DNA of 64,000 nucleotides from the human T2T-CHM13v2.0 reference genome, Homo sapiens: NCBI RefSeq assembly GCF_009914755.1, contig NC_060935.1; one strand, written 5' to 3'. The notes under the pieces are model-generated. The model was given only the letters and a program-made list of their open reading frames with translations. It did not search any database and was not told where the DNA came from. Positions 13,421 through 25,692 of the stretch are shown here, piece by piece (within the stretch, counting starts at the first letter, position 1; each line of letters begins with the position of its first letter). The translations under genes were made by a program, and so were the position numbers.

Positions 13421-15038
13421 TTTCCACGGTCTCCCTCTCATGCCGGGCCAAAGCTGGACTGTACTGCTGCCATCTCGGCTCGCTGCAGCCTCCCTGCCTG
13501 ATTCTCCTGCCTCAGCCTGCCGAGTGCCTGCGATTGCAGGCGCGCGCCGCCACGCCTGACTGGTTTTCGTGTTTTTTTGGTGGGGACGGGGTTTCGCTGT
13601 GTTGGCCGGACTGGTCTCCAGCTCCTAGCCGCGAGTGATCCGCCAGCCTCGGCCTCCCGAGGTGCCGGGATTGCAGACGGAGTCTCATTCACTCAGTGCT
13701 CAATGGTGCCCAGGCTGGAGTGCAGTGGCGTGATCTCGGCTCGCTACGGCCTCCACCTCCCAGCCGCCTGCCTTGGCCCCCCAAAGTGCGGAGATTGCAG
13801 CCTCTGCCCGGCCGCCACCCCGTCTGGGAAGTGAGGAGCGTCTCTGCCTGGCTGCCCATCGTCTGGGATGTGAGGAGCCCCTCTGCCTGGCTGCCCAGTC
13901 TGGAAAGTGAGGACAGTCTCTGCCCGGCCGCCATCCCATCTAGGAAGTGAGGAGCGTCTCTGCCCGGCAGCCCATCGTCTGAGATGTGGGGAGCGCCTCT
14001 GCCCCGCCGCCCCATCTGGGATGTGAGGAGCGCCTCGTCCCGGCCGCGACCCCGTCTGGGAGGTGAGGAGTGTCTCTGCCCGGCCGCCCCGTCTGAGAAG
14101 TGAGGAGACCCTCTGCCTGGCAACTGCCCCGTCTGAGAAGTGAGGAGCCCCTCCGCCTGGCTGCCACCTCGTCTGGGAAGTGAGGAGCGTCTCCGCCCCC
14201 CATCCAGGAGGGAGGTGGGGGTCAGCCCCCCCCGCCCAGCCAGCCGCCCCGTCGGGGAGGTGAGGGGCGCCTCTGCCCGGCTGCCCCTACTGGGAAGTGA
14301 GGAGCCCCTCTGCCCAGCCAGGAGCCCCTCTGCCCAGCCAGCCGTCCCGTCCGGGAGGGAGGTGGGGGGGGTCAGCCCCCCGCCCGGCCAGCCGCCCCGT
14401 CCGGGAGGGAGGTGGGGGGGTCAGCCCCCTGCCCGGCCAGCTGCCCGGTCTGGGAGCTGAGGGGCACCTCTGCCCGGCCGCCCCTACTGGGAAGTGAGGA
14501 GCCCCTCTGCCCGGCCACCACCCCGTCTGGGAGGTGTACCCAACAGCTCATTGAGAATGGGCCATGATGACGATGGCGGTTTTCTGGAATACAAAAGGGG
14601 GCAAGGCGGGGAAAAGATTGAGAAATCGGATGGTTGCCGTGTCTGTGTAGAAAGAAGTAGACACGGGAGACTTTTCATTTTGTTCTGTACTAAGAAAAAT
14701 TCTTCTGCCTTGGGATCCTGTTGATCTGTGACCTTACCCCCCAACCCTGTGCTCTCTGAAACATGTGCTGTGTCCACTCAGGGTTAAATGGATTAAGGGC
14801 GGTGCAAGATGTGCTTTGTTAAACAGATGCTTGAAGGCAGCATGCTCGTTTAAGAGTCATCACCACTCCCTAATCTCAAGTACCCAGGGACACAAACACT
14901 CTGCCTAGGAAAACCAGAGACCTTTGTTCACTTGTTTGTCTGCTGACCTTCCCTCCACTAGTGTCCTATGACCCTGCCAAATCCCCCTCTGTGAGAAACA
15001 CCCAAGAATGATCAATAAAAAAAAAATAAAATTAAAAA
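12994..15038 (+). mobile_element. Full-length SVA retrotransposon, SVA_D-type
   Basis: Hexamer head (12994-13420), Alu-like domain (about 13421-13800), GC-rich VNTR (about 13800-14530), SINE-R (about 14530-15015), AATAAA and poly(A); perfect 13-bp TSD aaaaaatattttc (12981-12993 / 15039-15051) at a TT/AAAA L1 endonuclease site. Confidence 0.98.
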
Positions 15039-16206
15039 AAAAAATATTTTCAGCACAGAGTCTGTATCAGTATCTTGAGCATATTAGAAAAAGTTTTCAA
15101 GAATAACCTAGACGATATGATTATTTTCCCTACAGGGATTGTGTGGTGACAGCCTTTTCTGGCCAACAGCTCAAAGCTGCTTGCTTGTGACTCTGTTCCC
15201 AGCAAGGTTGTAGGCAGGGGATGTGGCAGAAGATACAGGAGTAGCTCAAGGAGCCTCACAAGTTCCTCTTGGTTCTTCCCCTTCCTCTCCAGCCTCCCAG
15301 CGCCCAGGACCCCTGCCTGAGCAGTGAGAGGCCCTGATTGATGCCCAGGACAGCAAGCTTTCCCACCAGCACCAACCTCACCATTTTCTTTCAGTATTTG
15401 AGGACTGAAAAGAAGGCTTCATAATGATGGGTACCATTTCTGGAGCAGCTCACTAAGGTCCCTGTTCTAGAATTTTACTCATCCTCTTCCTCATTTGACA
15501 GATTTGGAACCTGGGCCTCAGACGGCTATGACCTGCCCAAGACCTCACAAGTAGTGAGGTGGGCAGGGCAGCCGGAACTCAGGTGTCAGTGAGGGAATAC
15601 TGATGTTCTTTCCATGTGAAATGCTGCCTCCCATCAGGATGACTTACATTTTAGGGGTTTCATGTGGTGGGATCATTTTTGACTTTAGTCTCTTGTATTC
15701 CGCTTTTCCCTAGGTCCTACGGCACTGTCTGGTGCATTGGACTGAGAATCAGGAGACAAAGCTTGTGGCCCGGCCGGTCATACTCTGAGTTGCTGCAAGT
15801 CATGGTCTCTTTTTGTCCTTCACCTGCTGAGTGACGAGTTGGGCTGGATGGCTTCTGTAGGAAACTCCCCACAGACTGACACATCTGATCCTACAAGTGT
15901 CCATCCACATAGCAGGGTCCCTGACACTTACCAAAGAGTGAAGCACAGTGCCAGGGACACGGTGGCCTCACTCATTCTCACAGTAGGTGGGCAGATGGGT
16001 TCTTCTCTCCCACCTTGCAGGGAAATAAAATGAAAATGAAAGCTCACAGAGGTCAGGTGATAGTCAACCTGCCCAAGGTCACACAGCTAGAAAATGGCAA
16101 CTGTGTTGGGTTTCAGGAGGGGTATGAAGGATGGGAGTGTTTGGAGGTTGGGGGCAGCCCAGCTGCTGAGACATCCAGACAGGGCCATGGGAGTGGAGAG
16201 CAGGGG

Positions 16207-18487
16207 TAATATGGTTTGGCTGTGTCTCCACCCAAATCTCAGTTTGAATTGTATCTCCCAGAATTCCCACCTGTTGTGGGAGGGACTCAGGGGGAGGTAA
16301 TTGAATCATGGGGGCCGGTCTTTCCTGTGCTATTTTCATGACAGTGAATAAGCCTCACGAGATCTGATGAGTTTATCAGGGGGTTTTTGCTTTTACTTCT
16401 TCATTTTTCTCTTGCTGCCGCCACGTTAGAAGCGCCTTTTGCCTCCCACCATGATTCTGAGGCCTCCCCAGACATGTGGAACTGTAAGTCCAATTAAACC
16501 TCTTCTTGTTCCCAGTTTTGGATATGTCTTTATCAACAGCATGAAAACGGACTAATATAGTAAATTAGTACAAGCAGAATAGGGCATTGCTGAAAAGATA
16601 CCTGAAAATGTGGAAGCAGCTTTGGAACTATGTAACAGGAAGAGATTGGAACAGTTTGAAGAGCTCAGAAGAAGACAGGAAAATGTGGGAAAGTTTGGAA
16701 CCTCATGGAGACTTGTTGAATGGCTTTGACAAAAATGCTGATAGTGATATGATCAATAAGGTCCAGGCTGAGGTGGTCTCCAGTGGAGATGAGGAAATAT
16801 TGGGAACTGGAGCAAAGGTGACTGTTGTTATGTTTTGGCAAAGACACTGGAATCATATTGCCCCTGCCCTAGAGATTTGTGGAAATTTGAACTTGAGAGA
16901 GATGATTTAGGGTATCTGGTGGAAGAAATTTCTAAGCAGCAAAGCATTCAAGAGGTGACTTGGGTACTGTTAAAGGCATTCAGTTTTATAAGGGAAACAG
17001 AGCATAAAAGTTTGGGAAATCTGCAGCCTATGTGACAGAAAAGAAAATTCCATTTTCTGGGGAGAAATTCAAGCCAGCTGCAGAAACTTGCATAAGTAGA
17101 AAGGAGCCTAATATTAATCCCCAAGACCATGGGAAAAATATCTCCAGGCCATGTCAGAGACCTTCACAGCAGCCCCTCCCATCACAGCCCTGGAGGCCCA
17201 GGAGGAAAAAGTGGTTTTGTAGGCTGGGCCCAAGGTCCCTGTGCTGTGTGCAGCCTAGGGACTTGGTGCCCTGTGTCCCAGCCACTCCAGCCATGCCTGA
17301 AAGGGGCCAACATAGAGTTCAGGCTGTGGCTTCACAGGCTGGAAGCCCCAAGCCTTGGCAGCCTCCACATGGTGTTGAGCCTGTGGGTACACAGAGTCAA
17401 TAATTGAGGTTTGGGAACCTCTGCCTAGATTTCAGAAGATGTATGGAAATGTCTGGATGCTGAGGCAAAAGTCTGCTGCAGGAGTGGGGCTTTCATGGAG
17501 AACCTCTGCTAGGGCAGTATAGAAGGGAAATGTGAGGTCAGAGCCCCCATAGAGAGTCCCTACTGGGGTACTGCCTACTACTGGAGCTGTGAGAAGAGGG
17601 ACACCATCCTCCAGACACCAGAATGGTAGGTCCATTGACAGCTTGCACCGTGCACCTGCAAAAGCCGCAGAAATTCAACAACAGCCCGTGAAAGCAGCCA
17701 GGAGGAAGGCTGTACCCTGCAAAGCCAAAGAGGTGGAGCTGCCCAAGACCATGGGAACCCAGCTCTTGCATCAGTGTGACCTAGATGTGAGATCTGGAGT
17801 CAAAGGAGATCATTTTGGAGCTTCAAAATTTGACTGCCGCTGGATTTTGGACTTTCATGGGCCCTGTAACCCCTTTGTTTTGGCCAATTTCTCCCACTTG
17901 GAATGGCTGTATTTACCAAATATCTGTACTCTCATTGTATCTAGGAAGTAACTAGCTTGCTTTTGATTTTACAGGCTCATAGGTGGAAGGGACTTGCCTT
18001 GTCTCAGATGAGACTTTGGACTGTGGACTTTTAGGTTGATGCTAAAATGAATTAAGACTTTGGGGGACTGTTGGGAAGGCATGACTGGTTTTGAAATGTG
18101 AGGACATGAGATTTGGAGGGGCCAGGAGTGGAATTTTATGGTTTGGCTGCATCCCCACACAAATCTCAACTTGAATTGTATCTTCCAGAATTCCCATGTG
18201 TTGTGGGAGAGACCAGCGGGAGGTAACTGAATCATGGGGGCTGGTCTTTCCCATGTTATTCTCATGATAGTGAATAAGCCTCACGAGATCTGATGGGTTT
18301 ATCAGGGGTTTCCATTTTTGCTTCTTCCTCATTTTTGTCTTGCTGCCGCCATGTTAGAAGTGCCTTTCGCCTCCCACCATGATTCTGAGGCATCCCCAGA
18401 CATGTGGAACTATAAGTCCTGTTAAACTTCTTTTTGTTCCCAGTTTCGGGTATGTCTTTATCGGCAGCGTGAAAACAGACTAATGCA
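16207..18487 (+). mobile_element. Complete THE1A MaLR provirus (5' LTR 16207-16559, internal 16560-18133, 3' LTR 18134-18487)
   Basis: Two homologous LTRs of about 354 bp ('ttgaattgtatctcccagaattccca...cagcgtgaaaac.gactaat.ca') around the THE1-int sequence; 5-bp TSD agggg/agagg. Confidence 0.95.
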
Positions 18488-19223
18488 AGAGGGCATCTCG
18501 CAAGCCTGGACTGAGGGGAGATAGCACCAACCTGAGCCCAACAGGCCTGGCTCTGAGTCCAGGCCCTGCTGCTCCTTAGCTGTGTGACACTGGAGAAGTC
18601 ACCGTGTGTCTCTGAGCCTGTTTCTTCACCTTGGCTCATCTCGTAGGCTTGTTGAGAAGATCAAATGGGAAAACAGGTCTGAAAGCTACTATGGAAGTCC
18701 ACAGCCTCAGCCTCAGCACTGACTGGTTCTATGTCCCCTTAAGCCTCAGTGTCTCTGTCTGTGAAACTGGGGTCCTAACCCGACCTATCGGGGTGTTGTG
18801 GAGAGTAGTGCCTGTGTCTGAGGAGTCAGCCCCCGGCTGGTGCTGTTGATGGTAGCCGTTTGCCATTCCTATCATGGACAAGGTCTGTACAGGTGTGTGT
18901 TCAGATCAGACACTGTTCCCCATGTTTCCTGAGGACATTTCCAGGGGGTGCATTCTCTTCTTAACAGGGCCTCAGTCACACTTGTTCTCAGGCTTCTGGC
19001 CCCATTGTGCTGCTCATCAAACAGAACATTCTAGAGGCTGGAAGCCTCATTTTCTCTCCTCTTCCAGGCCTGGAGACTTGTCTCTCAGCTGTGACAGGCC
19101 TGAGAGCCCACCTGACCCACATTTCTAGAACTTTCCAACCAGCCTCACTGACAGAGCCTTGTAGCAGTAGCCTCAGCATGAGGAGGAAACAAGCTGCCTC
19201 CCTCAGCAAGGCTTATGGATGCG

Positions 19224-19242
19224 TGTTCAGCAGATGGCGCCT
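19224..19242 (+). promoter_or_regulatory. Candidate CTCF binding site
   Basis: tgttCAGCAGATGGCGCct matches the CTCF core CCASYAGRKGGCRS at all but the first C, and its CpG is retained. Confidence 0.55.
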
Positions 19243-19356
19243 GGTCATGCCCAGGGTTAAGAGGTTTTCAGCAAAAAGCAAAAAGGCTCTGAGTCCTCAA
19301 TATTCCATGCCAGACTGGGGCCCTTTTCCCCCATGCTTTCATTTTACCTGAGCCAA

Positions 19357-19672
19357 CTAGAATGTAGGGCTGGCACTGGTTTCTCTTGGAGGCAAAGGTG
19401 TGACTGGAAACAGGCTGGGATGTTCCCACTGACTCACCACAGGTTACTGAGAGCAGTTCGTCTTGCTGGAAGGGACTGGGGATTGTTTCTTCAAGTGGTA
19501 TCATGCCCATTTGAGCGGGGAGAAAACTCAGAATGAGAGGGGAGACAATGAAGGGAAAGGAGGAATTAAGCTGAGCTTCCCAACCCTGGCTGCTCATTAG
19601 AATCACCTGGAAGTTTTTTTTTTTTTTGAAGCCCCTGCTTGGGCCCAACCCCAGCTCAGTGGAACCAGAACC
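19357..19672 (-). repeat. Left arm of ancient inverted duplication (includes MER5A-type fragment at about 19575-19672)
   Basis: Reverse complement aligns along its length to 20636-20947, including the exact 21-mer ccaggtgattctaatgagcag. Confidence 0.85.
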
Positions 19673-20635
19673 AAAAGCTGCTCAGGACCTTTTGCCGGAG
19701 AGGTACCTTGTTTGCAGTTAATCCTAAAGCCATGTCAGCATGGGAGCATTAGTCCCAGGCTGGATTGAACCAGGTCCATCTGACCCCCAAGTTCACAAGT
19801 ACCCAGAATTCCAGTTTAACACTCTCCCCACACATCAACAGCAAACTTCCCACCTAATCCTTTCCACTTCCATCCTCCTGTGATTTCATGTTCCCATTTG
19901 GCATTTTATTTTGATGTTCAGGGCATAAAGGGCCAATAGCTTTCCCCAAGTTATTTCTCCTCTGAAGCAGTGAAATAAGTTAGCAATTTTGGAGCCATTT
20001 AAAATGCATTGTTTTGCTGGGGGACGTGGTGGGGGGAAACCTGGCTTTCTCTCCTCCTGAACCCTAGCACAGAATGTAGCAGGCTTCCAATCAAGAATTT
20101 TTTTTTCAGAGTCTTGTTAGTCATGAAGGTAGAAGCCTTTCTGCACACACTGTGCTCCCGGTGGAAGGAAAGGAGACTCAAACACCTGCAGGCCGTGCAG
20201 GCCACTGCTGGAACACAGGCTCAGGGCATAGAGGCCCAAGTTCATACCTGGCCTCTCCCACTCCTCCATGTGTGACCTTAACCTGGGCATCCTCTTTTGT
20301 ATGATGGCAACACCATCAACCACCTAACAGGCATTCATCAGGATTAGGTAAGAGGCCTAGCACATTGTTTACTCAACAAATAAATAGTAACTATTATTAT
20401 TAAATGATGAGGATGATAATTATTGTTCAACCACTGCCCTAATCTTTAGTTTCTGTGAGGACAGCCTCCTTGATTAGGCCGCCACTGTGTGAAGAACCAC
20501 TGAGTGGGGAGGACTGGTCTGGGTTTCCTAACAAAGGCTCTTGTCTTCTCTCTGATGGCCTGGTCTCCCAAATACAATCTATGAGGACCAGGCCACATAA
20601 ACTAAACAAGTGTCCAAGCTCAGGCACCACCCACA

Positions 20636-20947
20636 GAAGTTCAGATTCCACTGGCCTGGGGAGGCGCCAGGCCTGGGCTTTCAACACCCGCCAGGTGATT
20701 CTAATGAGCAGTCAGCCACGTTGGGGAGCTCTGCCTGATTCCTCCTTCCCCCTCCTTCCACCACTCTCTCCTTCACAGTCTTTATTTCCTCCCCTCTAAA
20801 ATGAGAGAGAAGAAGTTGTGTGAAGAAACAATTCCCAGCACCACACATGTGCTCTCAGGAAACTGGTGAGTTGGTGGGAATAGACCCAGCCTGCTTCTAG
20901 AGACACCGTGGCCTTCAAGAAAAACAGGTGCCAACCCTGCTTTCTAG
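20636..20947 (+). repeat. Right arm of ancient inverted duplication (includes MER5A-type fragment at about 20636-20733)
   Basis: Shared blocks tgaagaaacaatYcccag, tgctctcag, tggtgagt..gtgggaa, cccagcctg and gtgcca.ccct.c.ttctag. Confidence 0.85.
20779..20865 (+). other. Candidate 87-nt cassette exon (unvalidated)
   Basis: About 35-nt pyrimidine tract ending in cacAG; CTG|GTGAGT donor; only one open frame (LYFLPSKMREKKLCEETIPSTTHVLSGN); phase 2-2. Confidence 0.25.
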
Positions 20948-20954
20948 CCCTGCT

Positions 20955-21370
20955 TCCATGCACTTAATTGACAAATATGTATTGGGGACCTACTCTGTGT
21001 CAGGCACTGAGCAGGATGCTGGGGACGCAGAGGGAGGACAGTGGCATTGTCCTGCCCTTGCGGAGCTTTCCTTCTGAGTGTGTTGAGCAGGGAGATGATG
21101 GCACTTGAAGAAGGAGCACGGGGACTAGGAGAAAGATTAAAAGAGGGGGCTGACCTGATCTGCCTGGTCTGGGGAAATCAGAGCAGCCCTCTCTGAGGAA
21201 GCAACATGAATTGAAACCTAAGGGATGACCAGGAGGTGGCCAGGAGAAGAAGGGATGGAGTCTGGAGGAGTCCCTGATGTTAGACGCTGCAAGTTAGCAG
21301 AACTGGAAGATGGCCAGTGTGGGTGGAGCAAAGAGAGGGGGAAGAATGAGTCAAGATGTGAGTAGAGAGG
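20955..21370 (-). mobile_element. L2 3' fragment
   Basis: 'acaaatatgtattggggacctactctgtgtcaggcactg...cctgcccttgcggagctt'. Confidence 0.7.
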
Positions 21371-21409
21371 TCAGATGTTCATTATACAAATACTCGTGGA
21401 GAGGTAGAA

Positions 21410-21625
21410 TAATATGGCCAGGGCAGTTAGGAGCAAGCCCACTGTACCCGGTGTGTCTGGATTCAAATCTTGCCTCTCTGTCCTCCTCTCCAAATTGGAG
21501 ATGATGATAATACTACCTACTTCAAAGGGTTTTTGTGAAGATTAAATTTGCTAATTCATGTAAACCATGTAAAAGAGTGGCTGGAATACAGTAAGCTGTA
21601 TAAACATTTGCTGTCGTTACTATTA
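21410..21625 (+). mobile_element. MIR SINE
   Basis: 'tctggattcaaatcttgcctct...taatactacctacttcaaagggtttttgtgaagattaaa'. Confidence 0.7.
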
Positions 21626-23479
21626 TGTGCTAGGCATTCATTGTTTCAGCCGCCTCATCTGCAAGATAAGAATAATAATGTCCCTGACTCGGAATGTGAA
21701 GATTGAATGAGAAGGCACAGGTGGAATACTTCCATTACCTGATACGTGGTGAGCCTGCAATACAAGTTCATTGTCATTATTTATCCATAATCGTTATGTG
21801 TGCTGAGTAGAGGATATGGGACTTTTTGGAACAAACTTGCAAGCAATCAAATACCCAGAAATGGGTGGAGCTCTCTCAGGGAATGCCCTTCCATTACAGA
21901 TATGCAGTCCTGGGGCTGGACAGCTCACTTAAGCAGGGTGGCTGGATGTGGTGCCCTTGTAGTCTAAGAATCCACAATTCTACTCATCTGTAATCTCTAT
22001 TGATTTCCACCCATCTCTAAAATTTTTCAGGAACATGTCCCGGAGGGTTTAGTCCCAGACAGTAATCCTCTGCTGCCTGTTTTCCTGCTGTGGTTGGGAG
22101 ACATTCAATCCAGACAACTCCTCCTCCACAGCAGCTGACAATGGCTGTAAGAAGTGTGCCACACAAGGGTGAAAAGTGGTTCCCTGGGGTTGGCACCCAG
22201 CATTCTCTGCCCTTGCAGCATACAGGACAGCAGTGGCCTCACCATACCAACCAAGGTCACGGTGAGGCTGATAAGCAACTTCCCAGGCAGACACCTTGGA
22301 AAAAACTGACTGAGATCCAGCTCAGGACCTGCAGCATCTCTAGAAGCATCCAGTCACTCTTCTCGCCTTCTCTCCTGGGGTGCCGTTCATTTCTGCCCTC
22401 TAAAAATAGCAGTGGTTATTCAGGGAAATGCACCGTGCTCTGTCTCTAGGGATGCCAACGCAGGCCTCTTTCAAAAATAGAACCCCAATCAGTTGTGCTT
22501 CCTAGCTGTCTCTTCCTCCAGTCTCAGAATCCTTCAGAAGGACCCAGAAGCAGGGCAGCAGTCCGATGCTGGGCATCACATAGTGGGGAGAGCTAGAGCT
22601 GGGGCTTCTCACCCAGGTTTATCTCCTTCTAAATATCTCCACTTTTAAAAGTCCACTTCACCTTACTCCGCATTGAATCTAGTGTCCCCCAGGACATGCC
22701 ATAGGTTCCTTCATCAGTGCTGGAAGGGACCTCAGAGATTTACTCCCAGAGCAAACTTGGCCCAGGAAGGGCAAGGGTCATCCAAAGTCACACATCAGAG
22801 CAATGCAGGCTGGGCCTTCCAGGCTTACTCCTCATCACTGTGTGGCCATGCCTGGTGCCCTTAAGGGACACGGGCATCCATTAAAACACTAGAGGCAGCT
22901 GCTATTTTCATCCCATCTCTCTTTGGCTCAGCTGACACATGGATGCCTTTCAATTCTAGGCTGATCGTTCTTGACAGAACATTTCAAAGTCAAGGCAGGG
23001 GCAGGAGAGGAGGACAAAGCTGTTGCTCCAGGCACAAGCACAGCCTCTGAACGTTTTGCCTGTCACTAGTAGTTTCTGTCCATACTAGGGGATTATTATG
23101 CCCTGGAAAAACTTCTAGCTGGGGCATTACAAGTGACTCATACTCTGGTTGCCTTAATACCCAGAGTCATCCAGGAGAGATGCTTGTCAGACCTTGTTTA
23201 ATCAGTCCCAGCAGAAAGTATGCTTGAAGGATGAACACTATTATAATTATGCCCCACACAGCTTTCTGACATTATTGAAAAAGTTCGTGCTGCAGAGGGT
23301 CTGCAGGAAGAATCTTTTGTTCCAACTGGTACAGCGGGGCCCATCATTAGGACTCATGGACATTAGTAATTCCAGAAGTAAGACATCACACAACACAGAG
23401 AATATGATCTTGGCTGGAAGAAGGCAGTTGGGAAGTTTGGGCTTGGCCTCATGCTATTCCATCATCTTGTGAGTAGGGC

Positions 23480-23562
23480 CTGAAAACTGCGTTTCTAACA
23501 GTAGTGTTTCTAACAGTAGTGTTGACACTGGTGGTCCAGGGACTGCACTTTGAGAACCACAG
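23480..23562. mobile_element. MER5A fragment with a 15-bp tandem duplication
   Basis: 'tggtccagggactgcactttgagaaccac'; gtttctaacagtagt x2 (23491-23520). Confidence 0.7.
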
Positions 23563-23814
23563 AAATAGCCACCTGCCTTGCTTTCCTCATGGGATTCTAG
23601 TGATGCCTCCTTTGGAAGAGCTGTGGCTAGTCCAGCTCTGCCATATGCCTGCTGTGTAGGACCCTCAGACCATCACTTATCATCTCTGAGTCTTGGGTTT
23701 CCTACTTTTAAATGGAAATAACTCCTACCATGTGTACTTCAGAGTGGCGAAGGTCAAAAGAGAAATAACCAGGCAAAAAAAAAAAAAATTCTGAAAATCA
23801 TAAAGATTACTCAA

Positions 23815-24430
23815 ATAACACACATTTATTGGGTACCTACCATAAGTCAGAAGCTCTGTTAGATGCAGGGGATACTGGCATGAATCAACCAGAATTCCTG
23901 CCCTTAGGGAGCCCAGGGGAGAATGGGGAAGAGGATAAATGAACCACTGATATAGTCCCGTGCAGTAACAGAGACTCACAGAAGCATGAAGGAGGGGTGG
24001 GGCAAGTGGCTGAAAGCCCTCTGATTTCATCTTTAGGGTGAAGGGAAACCACTGTAGGGTTTTCAGGTAAAGTGACCCAATCTCATTTGTTTTATGGGAA
24101 GATCAGTGTGGGCTGGGGAATGAGTCATCAAGAGGTGCTAGGCTAGAGGCAGAGAGGCAGGGAGACACTGGGGAGGCTGCTGCAGTGATCCAAGAGTGAA
24201 TGAATGGAGGGAACTTGATGCATTTGAGAGATATGCAGGATAGGATTCACACGGCTTTGTGACTGGTCAGGTGTGTGAGACAAAGAAGGAGGCAGAACCA
24301 GGGTGGCACCCAAGTTTCTGGTCCACTGACTAAGATGGGAAGGACTGGGGAAGTGGGTGGGGGAGGAGATGATGTGAGTCTGTTTGGGGCATGATGAGCC
24401 TGAGGTGTCTTTGCTGCCTCCTGTAGACAC
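23815..24430 (-). mobile_element. L2 fragment
   Basis: 'catttattgggtacctaccataagtcag...gggaggctgctgcagtgatccaag...tttggggcatgatgag'. Confidence 0.75.
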
Positions 24431-25692
24431 TGGTCACAGCACTGCCAGGAACAGGACCTCGTCCCATAAACCACTGCCACTCTGACTGCCAGGTCTTCCC
24501 TGCTGTGAGGGACTTTTCCCCTTCCACCCTACCCATGCTCTGGCTTTACAGAGCTGCTGTTCTCTGCCTCTTCCACATGCAGCTGTGCCTTTCTCATCCA
24601 GAGGCAGCTCCAAAATGAACAACAGTAGCAATCAGCGAGTAATCATCTTTTTTTTCCCTCCTATACAATGTCTGGGTGTGCAGATGATGTTTGTGATTGT
24701 TGCAAAAATGGTGGCATGAAAAATTTGGCTCCTGCCAAAGAAAGGAAGGAAAAGAAAACCAATTTAAATAAACTCACATAGTTCAGACCCGATTTGAAGC
24801 TTCTTAACCTGGAGCCTGCAAAGGTTCTCTGTCCCTCTGTTCCCTGTGGTGTTTGTTTGGCGGTGGCTTGTTGTTTGGGGGTGGCTTGTAAGAACCTGCC
24901 AGGTTGGGACAGTCCAGTGGTGGCCCCTGGGGACTCTGAGAGTCAAGGTGATGGTGGATCTGCTCTAACTTCCACTGTGAGTGCTGGACATTCATGAAGA
25001 GCAGTGCTCTGGGCTTTTCACTCACACACAGCTTAGCTCCCAGACAACTGAGAGGAGGTGCTCATGGCAGTTCTAGGTGGCTTTATGAGCACCCTAGACA
25101 GAAAGACCATGGACTAGAGGAGGCCCATAATGACAAACTGTCACTGTTACTCTGTTCCCAGGACATGCAAATGGCATCCCACACTGTGCTAAAGGCTTTA
25201 CCATTGTCTTGGTTTAATTTGTCCTCACAATTGTCCTACAAAGTGGGTATTAATAATCTCATTTTACACAGGAAGAAAATGGAGGGAAAAGTTAATTATG
25301 ATACTGCAGCTAGTAAACAGCAAAACTGGGATTCTAACCCAGGTTGCCTGATTCAAAAGCCCATGATTGAGCTATAATACAAAAAGACATATAATAACAA
25401 ATATTGATGAAGATGTGGAGAAACTGGAACCCTTATACACTGCTGGTGGAAATGTGAAATGCCACAGCCTCTAGAAAACATTCTGGAAGTTCTTCAAACA
25501 GTTAAACACACCATATGATCCAGCAATTCAACACCTGGGTATTTATTTGCTCAAGAGAAATGAAAACATATCCACAAGAACAAGTGTTTATAGCAACATT
25601 ATTCATAATAGCATAAAGGTGAAAACAACCCAAATGTCCATCAGCTAAGAAATGGGTAAGTAGAATATGATATGTGCACACAATGGAATATT

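Noticed and set aside
12913-13638. 241-aa ORF and the overlapping minus-strand Arg/Gly/Glu ORFs
   Set aside because: Read-through of the stop-free SVA hexamer array and Alu-like domain; not a gene
13689-14777. Multiple ORFs and a CpG-island-like GC peak
   Set aside because: SVA VNTR/SINE-R sequence, not a host promoter
16587-18332. Cluster of 60-120 aa ORFs
   Set aside because: Fragments of the decayed THE1-int reading frame and LTR
22031-22261. Possible exon (tttttcAG ... ACG|GTGAGG)
   Set aside because: Splice signals are only moderate; joining it to the 20779 cassette gives an immediate stop; expected by chance
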